From the NCBI GenBank assembly GCA_030648515.1, contig JAUSHK010000002.1, positions 7,799-71,798 on the forward strand: a stretch of 64,000 nt of DNA, read 5' to 3'. Position 1 is the first letter of the stretch. Each line of letters starts with the position of its first letter. Source of the stretch: Candidatus Jorgensenbacteria bacterium. Lineage in GTDB: Bacteria; Patescibacteriota; Minisyncoccia; UBA6257; GWB1-50-10. The translations under genes and the position numbers were made by a program. Below, piece by piece: positions 20,522 to 30,386 of this stretch. Under the pieces are notes generated by a model. The model ran no database searches, had not been told where the DNA came from, and saw only the letters and a program-made list of their open reading frames with translations.

Positions 20522-20908
20522 CTAGAACAGCGCGTACGCCCACGGTTCGGGCACGGCGAGAAAAATCAGCGCGGCGCCGATGAGCGCGATATTCTTCATA
20601 AAATGAACTGTGTCCGCCATCCGTTCCTCCGGAGTTTTCGCCCTCCAAAACGCGTGCATGACAAACGTTATCAATACAAGAGACACAACTAAAAACAAAA
20701 CGGCGTACTGAATATACACGCCGGCGATAATTCCAAGCCCTCCGAGAAAAATAAACACTCCTGTAATTGTCACCGCGACTCCAGCAAGGGGCGTACCCTT
20801 TGAGGAGGCGTATGCTTTCATCATTTCAAACTTCGTAAAATGGTTTATGCCGTTTATGATAAAAAGCCCGCCGAACAAAACCCGCCCTATAAGAAAAAGG
20901 ATATCCAT
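20522..20908 (-). CDS. DoxX family membrane protein
   Basis: GRVLFG..F...G.NHF, H.FW, F.KN.A. Confidence 0.88.
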   Translation of the reverse strand: MDILFLIGRVLFGGLFIINGINHFTKFEMMKAYASSKGTPLAGVAVTITGVFIFLGGLGIIAGVYIQYAVLFLVVSLVLITFVMHAFWRAKTPEERMADTVHFMKNIALIGAALIFLAVPEPWAYALF

Positions 20909-20922
20909 ATTATTTATAATTA

Positions 20923-21543
20923 TTATTTTGCAACGCTCACGCTTTTAATTATAACCGGCTGCGTCGGCCGGTCGTTTGCTCCCGTCGGCACATTGCCGAT
21001 TGTGTCCACAACATTTTGCCCCTCAGTTATCTTTCCGAAAATCGTATAGTGGCTCGCGAGAGGATAATCCGCAAGCATGATGAAAAACTGGCTACCGTTA
21101 GTGTTTGGACCGGCATTTGCCATAGCAACAACTCCTTTCTTGTAACCGGCTTTGTACGACGGTGTCGCCGGATTCAACTCATCATCAAAGCGATAACCTG
21201 GCCCGCCAGTGCCATCCCCGCTCGGATCCCCTCCTTGAATCATAAATCCCTTAATAACGCGGTGGAAAGTAAGATTATTGTAAAATCCCTTCTCCGCGAG
21301 TGAAATAAAATTTTGAACGGTTTTCGGCGCGTCTGCATCATACGTTTCAAAAATGATTTTCCCAAAATTTGTATCAAGTGTTATGTGATGCATGTTATTT
21401 TTTAGCGTCTCCGCGGCTAATCCCTTAGCGGCATCGTCTTCAAGCTGCTGCGTCTGTTTTCGCAAGACCATATAAAATCCCCCGAGAACTAACGCGACTA
21501 CAGCTATCGCGATTGTGATATTAACGGCTCCGCGTTTATTCAT
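20923..21543 (-). CDS. Cyclophilin-type peptidyl-prolyl isomerase, membrane anchored
   Basis: FHRVIKGFMIQGGDP, AMANAGPNTNGSQFFI. Confidence 0.95.
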   Translation of the reverse strand: MNKRGAVNITIAIAVVALVLGGFYMVLRKQTQQLEDDAAKGLAAETLKNNMHHITLDTNFGKIIFETYDADAPKTVQNFISLAEKGFYNNLTFHRVIKGFMIQGGDPSGDGTGGPGYRFDDELNPATPSYKAGYKKGVVAMANAGPNTNGSQFFIMLADYPLASHYTIFGKITEGQNVVDTIGNVPTGANDRPTQPVIIKSVSVAK

Positions 21544-21777
21544 GTAAAAGCTATTGTATCACCTTCGCGATGTGAAAATCAATCGCTTTAGGCAAAAAAT
21601 CAACAATAGAGATTGCGAACGGAGAGCGGCTTGCCTAGCTTGAAAAAGATTTCCGCAACTTCCGTTCGGCCTCAAGTTTTTTTGATTGCGAATTAGAAAT
21701 AAACTGCCTGTACCGAAATGACGATGGCGTCCGGTATGCCGGCTTGCCTTTTCTATTACCTACTTTCGCGTAATTTC

Positions 21778-22479
21778 TCATTTTAATTCGTATATCATGT
21801 CCTTGCGCTCAACAACTATTTCCCATCCCCTCCGTTTTGCGTAGTCATACAGTTTCCTGTTTGGATTGAAACAAATCGGCCGTTCAACGAGTTTAAGAAA
21901 CGCGACATCGCTTTCCGTATCCCCAACGCCAATTGAGCCACGAAGCGTAAGATTATCCTTCAAAACCGCACGTTTCAAAACCTTTGCCTTGTCGCGGATG
22001 ATATCAAGATACAAAATCTTTCCGGTAAACTTATTATTACTGTCAGTTTCATACATCCTCCCATACACCTTGTTAAATCCGAGCTTTTTGCAAAATTCTT
22101 CAACGATTTCTTTCGGCGAATTGGAAATTGCAAGCAGAAAATAATTTTTCTTTTCGAGCCCGCGGACCAAATCGCGCGTGTAGCGGTATACGCGGTCCTT
22201 GTGGAATTCCGCGACTTCTTTACAAATTTTTAAAAATTCAAAATGCGAAACTCCTTTGAGATTTGCCATGTAGCCACGAACTACCGCCTCAATATAATCC
22301 TCGTATGTCCCCCGCCGGTCGAGCCACGCCCGATATTCTTTCGCGTATACTTTCGTAACGCTTCGTTTAAAAATCCCCGCCTGAATCAATGCGTCAATAA
22401 GCTCAATAATTAAACTGGAACGGAAAATTGTTCCGTCTATATCAAAAATCGCAACCCGCTGCTTCTTCTCCTTTTCCAC
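21778..22479 (-). CDS. HAD-IB family hydrolase
   Basis: FDIDGT, GDTESD. Confidence 0.9.
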   Translation of the reverse strand: MEKEKKQRVAIFDIDGTIFRSSLIIELIDALIQAGIFKRSVTKVYAKEYRAWLDRRGTYEDYIEAVVRGYMANLKGVSHFEFLKICKEVAEFHKDRVYRYTRDLVRGLEKKNYFLLAISNSPKEIVEEFCKKLGFNKVYGRMYETDSNNKFTGKILYLDIIRDKAKVLKRAVLKDNLTLRGSIGVGDTESDVAFLKLVERPICFNPNRKLYDYAKRRGWEIVVERKDMIYELK

Positions 22480-22520
22480 CTAATTATTATACTCCTGGGG
22501 CAGCACGTTTTCCCGAGGCG

Positions 22521-23030
22521 TCAACAGCACAAAACACCATAGTTTAAAGTCCAAACAGAAAATGTCAGATACGTGGCAAAGATAACCCACACTGCGTACG
22601 GGATAAGAAGCACCGATGCCAAGCGCAATAAAGCCGCGTTTCGCCCCGCGCGAAGCGACGCCTGCCATATGAGTATGACGAGGGCGATAACAGTTGCGCT
22701 AAGAAGTCCCGCTTCAAAAGTTGCTGCCGCGACGGCATATTTATAAAAAAACAAATAGCTCCACGCGACGTTTAAAATCGCGTTCAGTATAAAAATTACG
22801 ATGACCCAGCTGAACGTAATATTCCTTCGGGCGGCGTTATAAAAAATGATTGCCGATATCGCCGTCAAAACAAAAAGCACGGTCCATACGGAACCGATTA
22901 TATTCCCGGAAGGAGTGAACCAGGGAAGTTTGAGTGTTTCGTACCACGCCATGCCGCCAGAAGTAATCAATCCTCCGATAACCGCGGTGGCGATTGTAAT
23001 AATTGGTATGACAAAAAGATTAAGCTTCAC
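22521..23030 (-). CDS. TspO/MBR family protein
   Basis: WY..L..P..TP, VWT.L, LN..WS.LFF, LLIPY..W. Confidence 0.9.
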   Translation of the reverse strand: MKLNLFVIPIITIATAVIGGLITSGGMAWYETLKLPWFTPSGNIIGSVWTVLFVLTAISAIIFYNAARRNITFSWVIVIFILNAILNVAWSYLFFYKYAVAAATFEAGLLSATVIALVILIWQASLRAGRNAALLRLASVLLIPYAVWVIFATYLTFSVWTLNYGVLCC

Positions 23031-23049
23031 GTATTAAGTATATCAGTTT

Positions 23050-23604
23050 TTACTTGAAGGGCGTTGGGTCGCACACGGTATCCGTGCTATTGCAGCCAAA
23101 TTGCATCCAATCATAAAACACTGCCGGGTCGCCATTGATCGCGTACCGCACGTCCCGCACCGTCGGAAACTGTTTGAGTGTTTCGTGAATTGACGCGAGA
23201 AAATGCGCGCTCCCGCAGCTCGCGCTCGCATTAGGAATAATTCCGCGGACATCGTATAGGTCAACGTACGCAATGCCATTTTGCACCTTCACGTTTTTTA
23301 AAATAGCTGATGTTTTTTCGGAAAATAGAGAATTATATCCGCGATCCTCTTCCGCCACGGTCGGCCCATTAAATAATTCCTGAAGCACCACTCTCGCCAC
23401 GCCCTCGGTTTTTGAAACTTCGCGCTCAACCGGAAATACCTTATTGCAATCAATGGAATTTGGGTTCATCGCCGAATTTCCGAAAAATACTTCGAGTACT
23501 ATTGTCTCATTACCAACAATCACCTTCTCGTTTTGGTTTACATACCACCCGGCAAAAACGCCGATTAAAATTCCAACCAACACTGAAATAATTTTTATTT
23601 TCAT
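23050..23604 (-). CDS. GerMN domain protein
   Basis: L..GPT..E, A.VD, TL.QFPTV..V...ING. Confidence 0.82.
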   Translation of the reverse strand: MKIKIISVLVGILIGVFAGWYVNQNEKVIVGNETIVLEVFFGNSAMNPNSIDCNKVFPVEREVSKTEGVARVVLQELFNGPTVAEEDRGYNSLFSEKTSAILKNVKVQNGIAYVDLYDVRGIIPNASASCGSAHFLASIHETLKQFPTVRDVRYAINGDPAVFYDWMQFGCNSTDTVCDPTPFK

Positions 23605-23686
23605 ATTAAACCTAATCATACGCCAATCGTGCAAAACAAAAAGGCCGTCGCGCTGACGGCCTTAAATAATGTATTACATTATCCTA

Positions 23687-24109
23687 CTAATAAACCGGCA
23701 AAGATCGTCTCCCCCTGCTCTTCTTTGTAAAGTATCCGTCCCATGGCCATTTAGGGAGCTCTATGTAAACTCTGCCTGGGAAAACAGCCCAAATGAAAAT
23801 CGCGCCTACGGGCACAAATTTTTCTCTTGTTTTCCTTTTAAAAAGCACCTCCGCTGATTTTACCATCCAATTCAACGATTTGGCGCGTGGCAGAGTTTTA
23901 GTAAGAAAAATTTTATTTTCTTTCCCACTGCCGAATGTTACAATGATGACTTTAAATCTTCTCGGTAATTGCTCATTTTTTACCAACAATTCTTTGGCTT
24001 TTTTAAGCGATTCGAGTGAAATTCCATCAGTTGGTAGATTTGTACTTTTCTTCGCGCAACGAATCAACGCCCTAACGGTTTTCAATGTAACTCTTCTAAC
24101 AGGCAACAT
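23687..24109 (-). CDS. Hypothetical basic protein
   Basis: SD GGAGG; TTGACT-17-TACAGT promoter; downstream hairpin at 23641-23663. Confidence 0.65.
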   Translation of the reverse strand: MLPVRRVTLKTVRALIRCAKKSTNLPTDGISLESLKKAKELLVKNEQLPRRFKVIIVTFGSGKENKIFLTKTLPRAKSLNWMVKSAEVLFKRKTREKFVPVGAIFIWAVFPGRVYIELPKWPWDGYFTKKSRGRRSLPVY

Positions 24110-24242
24110 ATTTCCTCCGTATGATTAACGTTATTATGTTTAAGTTCTAGCTACACTGTACCGCTAATTCTTAAAACAGTCAATCAAAAAGACCGCTGTG
24201 GTCGCAGCGGCCTTTTTGAAAATTTTTAAACGAGTAATGTTC

Positions 24243-24476
24243 TTACTTCCCGTGCGAGTGGCCGCAGCAACCCTTACACATCCCGCACTGGTCGCCTTCC
24301 TTTCCGCTGCATTTCTCGCATTTCCAGCCATGACGGCCGTGCTTCACAATCATTTTAATACCGACTGCAAGCACAAAAATCGGCCAAAATGTGGCAAAAA
24401 GCGCCGCCGTAATCAGACCGAGATTCTGTAACAACAGAATAAGTCCGACAATAATCAGTAAAATTCCTATAAACAT
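24243..24476 (-). CDS. Small membrane protein (DUF5668/LiaF-like) with Cys/His-rich tail
   Basis: G..LI.VG...LL.NLG..WP motif; CxxC/CxxCxxCC tail. Confidence 0.7.
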   Translation of the reverse strand: MFIGILLIIVGLILLLQNLGLITAALFATFWPIFVLAVGIKMIVKHGRHGWKCEKCSGKEGDQCGMCKGCCGHSHGK

Positions 24477-24581
24477 AGTTATTGACTCGTATCGTACGAC
24501 CTTTCGTATGTTGCCTTATTATAACAAAAATATAAAAATGCGCGCTTTCGCATCTCTGGGCGCTCCGGTATAATAAATCTT

Positions 24582-25163
24582 ATGAACCGAGTTTTTAAAA
24601 TCTACGTCTTCCGCCACGGGCAGACATATTTCAATGAGAAGAAAACGTTTACCGGCTTTAAGGATTCAAAACTTTCCACGCGCGGAATTGCGGAAGCAAA
24701 AATAATCACGAGGAAACTGAAAAACAAAAAATTTCAGATAGTTTTTCAAACCCATTTGTCGCGCTCAAAAGACACCTTAAAAGAAGTGATGAAATTTCAC
24801 CCGGAATGCTACGCAATTATTGAGGACGACAGGATGATTGAACGCGGGTACGGAAAACTTGAAGGGAAAACGCATGAAAAAACAATAAAAAAATACGGAC
24901 AAGAAAAATATGACGCATGGCATCGCGGTTTCCGTACGCGTCCGCCCGGCGGAGAAAGTTTTGCAGATGTCGAAAAACGCGTGCGGTCGTTTATAAAAGA
25001 CCTCATTGCGCTTATTAAAAAAGAGCGCGTAAACGTCGCGATATCAGCCCACGGAAACTCTATCCGCCTCTTCCGTAAAATCATGGAACACGCTTCAGAA
25101 AAAGAGGCGTGCTCATGGTTCATCCCCTACGACAAAGTTTTTGAATACAAAATAAAAGCGTAA
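24582..25163 (+). CDS. Histidine phosphatase / dPGM-like phosphoglycerate mutase
   Basis: RHG, ER.YG.L.G, PPGGES, AHGNS.R. Confidence 0.88.
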   Translation: MNRVFKIYVFRHGQTYFNEKKTFTGFKDSKLSTRGIAEAKIITRKLKNKKFQIVFQTHLSRSKDTLKEVMKFHPECYAIIEDDRMIERGYGKLEGKTHEKTIKKYGQEKYDAWHRGFRTRPPGGESFADVEKRVRSFIKDLIALIKKERVNVAISAHGNSIRLFRKIMEHASEKEACSWFIPYDKVFEYKIKA

Positions 25164-25709
25164 TTATTCCGCAAACACCGCCATTGAAACCGTCGTGGTC
25201 CAAAGACCGTCCTTATTCCCTTCCGCTGACTGGGTAATGTGCGTCGTACGAAAGATATGCCCGCTCGCTTTATAAATCTGCTCGCGTTCTTCCCAGGCCA
25301 TCTCTGCGTCAAATTCAATTCCAAGCGTTGTCGCAAGCATCGTCGCCGCCAAATCCTCTGCGTATTCGCCTGATTTTTTTTCAGGCTCCCCGAATGAGTG
25401 ATGTTCGGAAAGATATCCGTAGTTTTCCGAATTTGACGGCACGGCGATACCTATAGAAGAAGAGATGAGCCGGTTTGGCTCGTTGGTTTCATTGCGCGCC
25501 ATAACACAAAACGTAATTTGTCCCGGCTGGAGCAGCGCGACACCGTCTCTTTTAGGAACGACTTTGCAGTGCGGCGGAAGAATACTAGAAACATAAACTA
25601 GATTGCATTTTTCAACACCGGCATCCCTAAGCGCCACTTCAAATGATGCGAGTTTGTCCTTATGAACACCGACGCCTTTTGTGAGAAATAATTTTTTAGG
25701 AGTGAACAT
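25164..25709 (-). CDS. pdaD: Pyruvoyl-dependent arginine decarboxylase
   Basis: SFE.AL..AG, NLV.VSSI.PP self-cleavage site, GYLSEH. Confidence 0.9.
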   Translation of the reverse strand: MFTPKKLFLTKGVGVHKDKLASFEVALRDAGVEKCNLVYVSSILPPHCKVVPKRDGVALLQPGQITFCVMARNETNEPNRLISSSIGIAVPSNSENYGYLSEHHSFGEPEKKSGEYAEDLAATMLATTLGIEFDAEMAWEEREQIYKASGHIFRTTHITQSAEGNKDGLWTTTVSMAVFAE

Positions 25710-25799
25710 AGAAAAAGAAAATGACTGCTAACGCGAACAAGATGCATTGTAGCACGCCGGCTTCGCGAACGTTCTGTGTATAACCCGCGCGCACCAGTG

Positions 25800-26486
25800 C
25801 TATTCTTTCCGCTTCGGCGCAGAACGCACGATTTTAATTATCTCCGCATCGCTGTCAGTGACAGTGAACAGCTCCAGGTCTTTTGCGTCTATTGTTTTGA
25901 ACTTCTTGAGTAGGTTTGCGCGCATAAATGAAATAATCGGTTTCCAATATTCCGTCCCGACTAAAATAACCGGCACGTGTGGAATTTTCTTTGTTTGAAT
26001 AAGCGTGATAATTTCAAAAAATTCATCGAGCGTACCAATTCCACCAGGAAAATAAACGTACGACTCGGCGGAAAATGAAAGAATTACTTTTCGGCTGAAA
26101 AAATGATGGAAAGATACGTTTTCCGTAACATATGGATTCACAGACTGCTCGTTCGGCAATTGAATACTGAAACCGATTGAAGCTCCGCCTGCCTCTTTCG
26201 CACCGCGGTTCGCCGCCTCCATAATCCCTGGGCCCCCGCCGGTTACAACCGTGTACCCTATTTTAACGAGCGCTCCGGCGACGCGGCGCGCCTGTATATA
26301 ATATTTATTATCTTCAGCAAACCGCGTTGAACCGAAAAATGTTACCGAGAGTTTATGTGCGCTTATAAGCTTAAACCCCTCGGCAAATTCTTTCGCGATA
26401 AGAAACACCCGCAGTTTTGTCTGCGTCTCAAAATCGCTTAAATTAATTGACTGCACCCCAATAGCCGGCGTGTTCTCTTTTTTCAT
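25800..26486 (-). CDS. LOG family (TIGR00730) nucleotide phosphoribohydrolase
   Basis: TGGGPGIMEAANRGA, PGG.GT.DE. Confidence 0.92.
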   Translation of the reverse strand: MKKENTPAIGVQSINLSDFETQTKLRVFLIAKEFAEGFKLISAHKLSVTFFGSTRFAEDNKYYIQARRVAGALVKIGYTVVTGGGPGIMEAANRGAKEAGGASIGFSIQLPNEQSVNPYVTENVSFHHFFSRKVILSFSAESYVYFPGGIGTLDEFFEIITLIQTKKIPHVPVILVGTEYWKPIISFMRANLLKKFKTIDAKDLELFTVTDSDAEIIKIVRSAPKRKE

Positions 26487-26557
26487 TGTGAATATTATAG
26501 CATCTAACAAAAAATAAAGAGGCCCGCTGAAGTCTCAGCGAGCCCCGAATTATTTAC

Positions 26558-27289
26558 CTATGTCTTCGCGGCATTTCTCCGCTCAAGAAATTCCTTTCCC
26601 TTGCCCACACTCACATTTATCGGCGCGCCTTTTGCGCAAAGTGGACATTTTGCTTCATCCCACGAATCAAGCTTGATATCAGTAAGCGCAAAGAGTTTTG
26701 GTACGTCTTCCAAATCCTGCGAAGTAACGCCTCCGCGATTGCAAAGTACACCAACGCCAATAACTTTGCCGCCACAAGCGCGCGTAGCTTGGACAACTTT
26801 CTTAGCAGAGCCGCCGGTGGTAAGCACGTCTTCTACAACCAAAACTCTCTTAATCGAGACAAGGTCGCCATAACCGCGCTTAATGGCAAACGCATCTTCC
26901 TTAACCACAAGCTCCTCGCCCTTCAAGAGAGTGAGAACTCCATCACCAAAATTGATGGTAACTTCCTCATCGGCTTTACGAAGTGAGCGTTCAGCTTTTT
27001 CGGCATAAGCGCTGAATACATCACGTCCGGTTATATCTGAAAGATGGAACGCTATCCATTGCGAAAGTATCACGCCCCCAACCGCCGGAGCGATAACAAC
27101 ATCCACATCATCGTCTACAAACCGTTTTGCGATTTCCCAGCACAAATCCGATGTCACCCTGGTATGCGGGTAAACCTTGTCTTTGTTCACATAAGCGCTG
27201 CCGTGTCTGCCGGAAGTGTAAACAATGTGGCTATCGGTAATCACAGCGCCCACCTTACTAAGAATTCCCAAAATTTCTTTTTCCTTCAT
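26558..27289 (-). CDS. pyrE: Orotate phosphoribosyltransferase
   Basis: H...SGRH...Y, VVEDVLTTGGS, C-terminal CPLC; adjacent to pyrF. Confidence 0.88.
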   Translation of the reverse strand: MKEKEILGILSKVGAVITDSHIVYTSGRHGSAYVNKDKVYPHTRVTSDLCWEIAKRFVDDDVDVVIAPAVGGVILSQWIAFHLSDITGRDVFSAYAEKAERSLRKADEEVTINFGDGVLTLLKGEELVVKEDAFAIKRGYGDLVSIKRVLVVEDVLTTGGSAKKVVQATRACGGKVIGVGVLCNRGGVTSQDLEDVPKLFALTDIKLDSWDEAKCPLCAKGAPINVSVGKGKEFLERRNAAKT

Positions 27290-28218
27290 GATTTCACCTC
27301 CTCATTTTTCCAATTAAGAATTTCCCTGATTTGATTATTTAATTTTTCCGTTTCTTCGCGGGCGCGTTCGGCAAAATCCGGGCCGCTTGACGCGTGAATT
27401 ATCCCGCGCGATGAGTTAACAATCGCCCGGCACTTGCCGTGACAACAACAGGCGGCTCTCACAGATTTTTCAAGATCGCCGCCCTGCGCGCCAATGCCGG
27501 GTATAAGAATTGGCATTTCGCAAGCAACGTTCCTGATATTTTTAATCTCCTCTTCCGGCGCCGTAGCACCGACAACCAGCGCGCAATTTCCGTTTTCGTT
27601 CCATTTCGTCGCAACGCGGAACGCAACATATTGGTAGAGCGGGATGAGAAAATCAGTCATCTCATGTCCGAAAATCCTATCGAATTCTCGATATTCCCCG
27701 CTTTTATAAACGTCCACCAAAACATTCTGAAACTCTCCAGCACCTGGATTCGACGTTTTACAAAGAACGATGACGCCCTTGTCCTTCAAATCCAGAAATG
27801 GCTTAAGCGCCTCCTTGCCGAGATACGGGTTTACCGTCACCGCATCGGCATTGCACTCCCCGAACGCGAACTTTATATGCCCAAGATTGGTATTTCCAAT
27901 GTCGCCGCGTTTCACATCAAGAATAACCGGTACGGTTGGAACTTCATTGTTGATAAAGGCAATAGTTTCGGTAAGCGCCTTTATTCCTTCTATTCCGTGC
28001 CTTTCATAGAAAGCTGTGTTTATTTTGTAAACATTGGTTAAGTCCATGGTCATCTCAACTATCGCGCGATTAAATTGCCACAAAGAACCGGATACGGATG
28101 GATGCGAGCTCCTCATAACTTCAGGAATTTTTTCATACTCGGGATCCAATCCAACTGATACAAATTTCCCCTGCGCCCATTGGGCAAGTAACATCTGCAT
28201 AAAATTCCTCTTTTCCAT
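27286..28218 (-). CDS. pyrF: Orotidine-5'-phosphate decarboxylase
   Basis: VGLDP, D.KRGDIGNT, TSN, VVGAT, PG.GAQGG, SSRGI. Confidence 0.95.
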   Translation of the reverse strand: MEKRNFMQMLLAQWAQGKFVSVGLDPEYEKIPEVMRSSHPSVSGSLWQFNRAIVEMTMDLTNVYKINTAFYERHGIEGIKALTETIAFINNEVPTVPVILDVKRGDIGNTNLGHIKFAFGECNADAVTVNPYLGKEALKPFLDLKDKGVIVLCKTSNPGAGEFQNVLVDVYKSGEYREFDRIFGHEMTDFLIPLYQYVAFRVATKWNENGNCALVVGATAPEEEIKNIRNVACEMPILIPGIGAQGGDLEKSVRAACCCHGKCRAIVNSSRGIIHASSGPDFAERAREETEKLNNQIREILNWKNEEVKS

Positions 28219-28357
28219 AGATCCTCCATTTTTAAATGTTTTATTTGTACTACCTAAGTTAACTAGCTAAAAAGAACGTACCACGCAGAATGCTTTCCTG
28301 TCAATTTTATAAAGCAAAACCGCCCCGATATTGCATCGGAGCGGCCCCGTATAACCT

Positions 28358-30373
28358 CTAGCGAATCATTAAGTCTGAAAATGCTTTCTGAAGCTGTCCA
28401 AATAAGTTTTGCGGGTTCGCGCTTGAGGGCGGAGGAGTTGGTTCTCCACTTGGAGATGTGGGCGCTACTGGCTCAGATCCAGGAGTTGACGCTGGAGCCA
28501 TACCAGGTCCGGAAGCCGGAGCAGTGCCGGGGGCAAAACTCCCTCCAGAAGGCGGCTGTATAAATTGCTGCATCTGTTGCTGTGCCTGTTGTACTTGCTG
28601 CTGCATTTGCTGTTGTATTTGCTGCTGCATCTGTTGCTGGCCAGCAGACTGTTGAAATCCTGGCTGTTGTTGGAAAGATCCAGGACCCATTCCCATACCG
28701 GCATCGCCTTGTACTCCCTGTTGTTGAAATCCGCTTCCGCCGTTGTCCTTATTAGAGTTTATGTCGTCAGGACCTTGGCCTGAGCAAGTACCCGGGCCTG
28801 TACCACAACTGACCGAACCAGCCCCGATACCTGGGCCAGTGTCATCACTAGAACCTTCATTAAAGCTCTGTGGCATCATATTTTTAAACTGTTGTAATTG
28901 CTGTCCAGTTGGTCCTTGTTGAAAATTCCCCGGGATTTGTTCCTTCCCCATCATAATTTCCGGAATTTTCCCGCCACCAAATAATTTTGCGCATTCTTCA
29001 GGGCTGCTACACTGAGGATTTCCACCTTGCTGCTGACCTGAAAATTCCATACCCATGCCTTGTTGCCCATCCGGACCCTGTTGTCCATTCGGACCTTGTC
29101 CATCACCGAACATTTTCTGACACTCCTCAGGAGTAGTGCATGGAGGATTCCCGTTTGGACCAAACCCTTGCTGCCCTCCGGGCTGCATGCCATTTTCACC
29201 AAACATTTTTTTACATTCTTCGGGAGTGGTGCACGGAGGATTTCCATTCGGTCCCTGACCCGGGACTCCGACTCCGGGCGGCATGTTTCCACCCTCGCCC
29301 GGGGCGCCCGTCATCCCCAGCGGAATCATTTTTTCAAAACACGTTTTCATTTTATCCCCAACATCTCTTGGAGGCATACCGGCACCGCTCTGCAGTTTTT
29401 GAAGCGCGTCACTTCCAACTGACGAATTAAGACAGTCCAGTACTGTCGCCGGCGCCTGCGTCAGCATTTGCTGCATCTGCTGTTTTCCATCCTTCATTCT
29501 CTGTAAATCTTCCTGCGGAATCATTCCGTTATCAACACCGAACTGGAAACACGTTTCCTGATTTGCCTGGTCATTACAAAATGCATCGCATTGGTCTTTT
29601 CCCTTACATCCACCTGGGCCTTTTCCTCCGGTCTTCTTAGCCATCTCGGCATCTTTCGCGCTCATAAATCCCGCGGCAAGCGCGAAATTCGTGCATTCTT
29701 CAAAATGCGCGTCGCTCCCGCAATACGCGTCGCACGCTTCCTTTCCTTGGCACGCCGGCGGCTTCACGCCTTGCTTAATAGCAACTAGTGCCTTTTGGGC
29801 ATCTTGAGCTTCCTGTTCATTCATAAATCCAGCGGCAAGCGCGAAATTCATACACTCCTCCATATGATCGGCGCTTTGGCAATATGAATCGCACGCTTTC
29901 TTCCCTCCGCACGCCGGCGGCTTCACACCACGCTTGATTGCCGCTTGAACTTGTTTTGCTTCCTTTAACTGTTCCGGCGGCATCATGCCATTTTGCTCCG
30001 CAAACGAAACACACTCGTCTATATTCGCCGCGTCATTGCAAAATGCATCACACGAGTCCTTGCTAGTACATCCGCCAGGACCCTTTGCGCCAGCCGTGGC
30101 AAATTTCTTTGCCATAACAATATCCTCCTGACTCATGAGGTTGTTCTTTTCAGCAAAACTGACGCACGCATTAATATTTGCAGAATCATCGCAATACGTT
30201 TTGCAATTTTGTTCGCTTGTGCATCCGCCAAGTTCCTGAACGGGATATTGAATGTTCGCCGCGGACGCTGTGTTTGTTTGTGTCTGCGCAAAAACAGCAG
30301 TACTTACGATAACCGCGGAAACAGCGACGCCGAGACCTAGTACAAGAAAGCTGACAAAAAATTTTGTGTTCAT
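28358..30373 (-). CDS. Secreted Cys-repeat protein with Gly/Pro/Gln low-complexity C-terminus
   Basis: Signal peptide; five ~50-aa C-x5-C-x3-C...C repeats; repeated PxCx2PEECxKxFG; poly-Q. Confidence 0.85.
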   Translation of the reverse strand: MNTKFFVSFLVLGLGVAVSAVIVSTAVFAQTQTNTASAANIQYPVQELGGCTSEQNCKTYCDDSANINACVSFAEKNNLMSQEDIVMAKKFATAGAKGPGGCTSKDSCDAFCNDAANIDECVSFAEQNGMMPPEQLKEAKQVQAAIKRGVKPPACGGKKACDSYCQSADHMEECMNFALAAGFMNEQEAQDAQKALVAIKQGVKPPACQGKEACDAYCGSDAHFEECTNFALAAGFMSAKDAEMAKKTGGKGPGGCKGKDQCDAFCNDQANQETCFQFGVDNGMIPQEDLQRMKDGKQQMQQMLTQAPATVLDCLNSSVGSDALQKLQSGAGMPPRDVGDKMKTCFEKMIPLGMTGAPGEGGNMPPGVGVPGQGPNGNPPCTTPEECKKMFGENGMQPGGQQGFGPNGNPPCTTPEECQKMFGDGQGPNGQQGPDGQQGMGMEFSGQQQGGNPQCSSPEECAKLFGGGKIPEIMMGKEQIPGNFQQGPTGQQLQQFKNMMPQSFNEGSSDDTGPGIGAGSVSCGTGPGTCSGQGPDDINSNKDNGGSGFQQQGVQGDAGMGMGPGSFQQQPGFQQSAGQQQMQQQIQQQMQQQVQQAQQQMQQFIQPPSGGSFAPGTAPASGPGMAPASTPGSEPVAPTSPSGEPTPPPSSANPQNLFGQLQKAFSDLMIR

Positions 30374-30386
30374 AGTTCGCGATTAA

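Noticed and set aside
21720-21755. c-di-GMP-I riboswitch (GGCAAgCC...GGACGC on the minus strand)
   Set aside because: Lacks the GAAA tetraloop and a recognisable P2; kept only as an unclassified structured region
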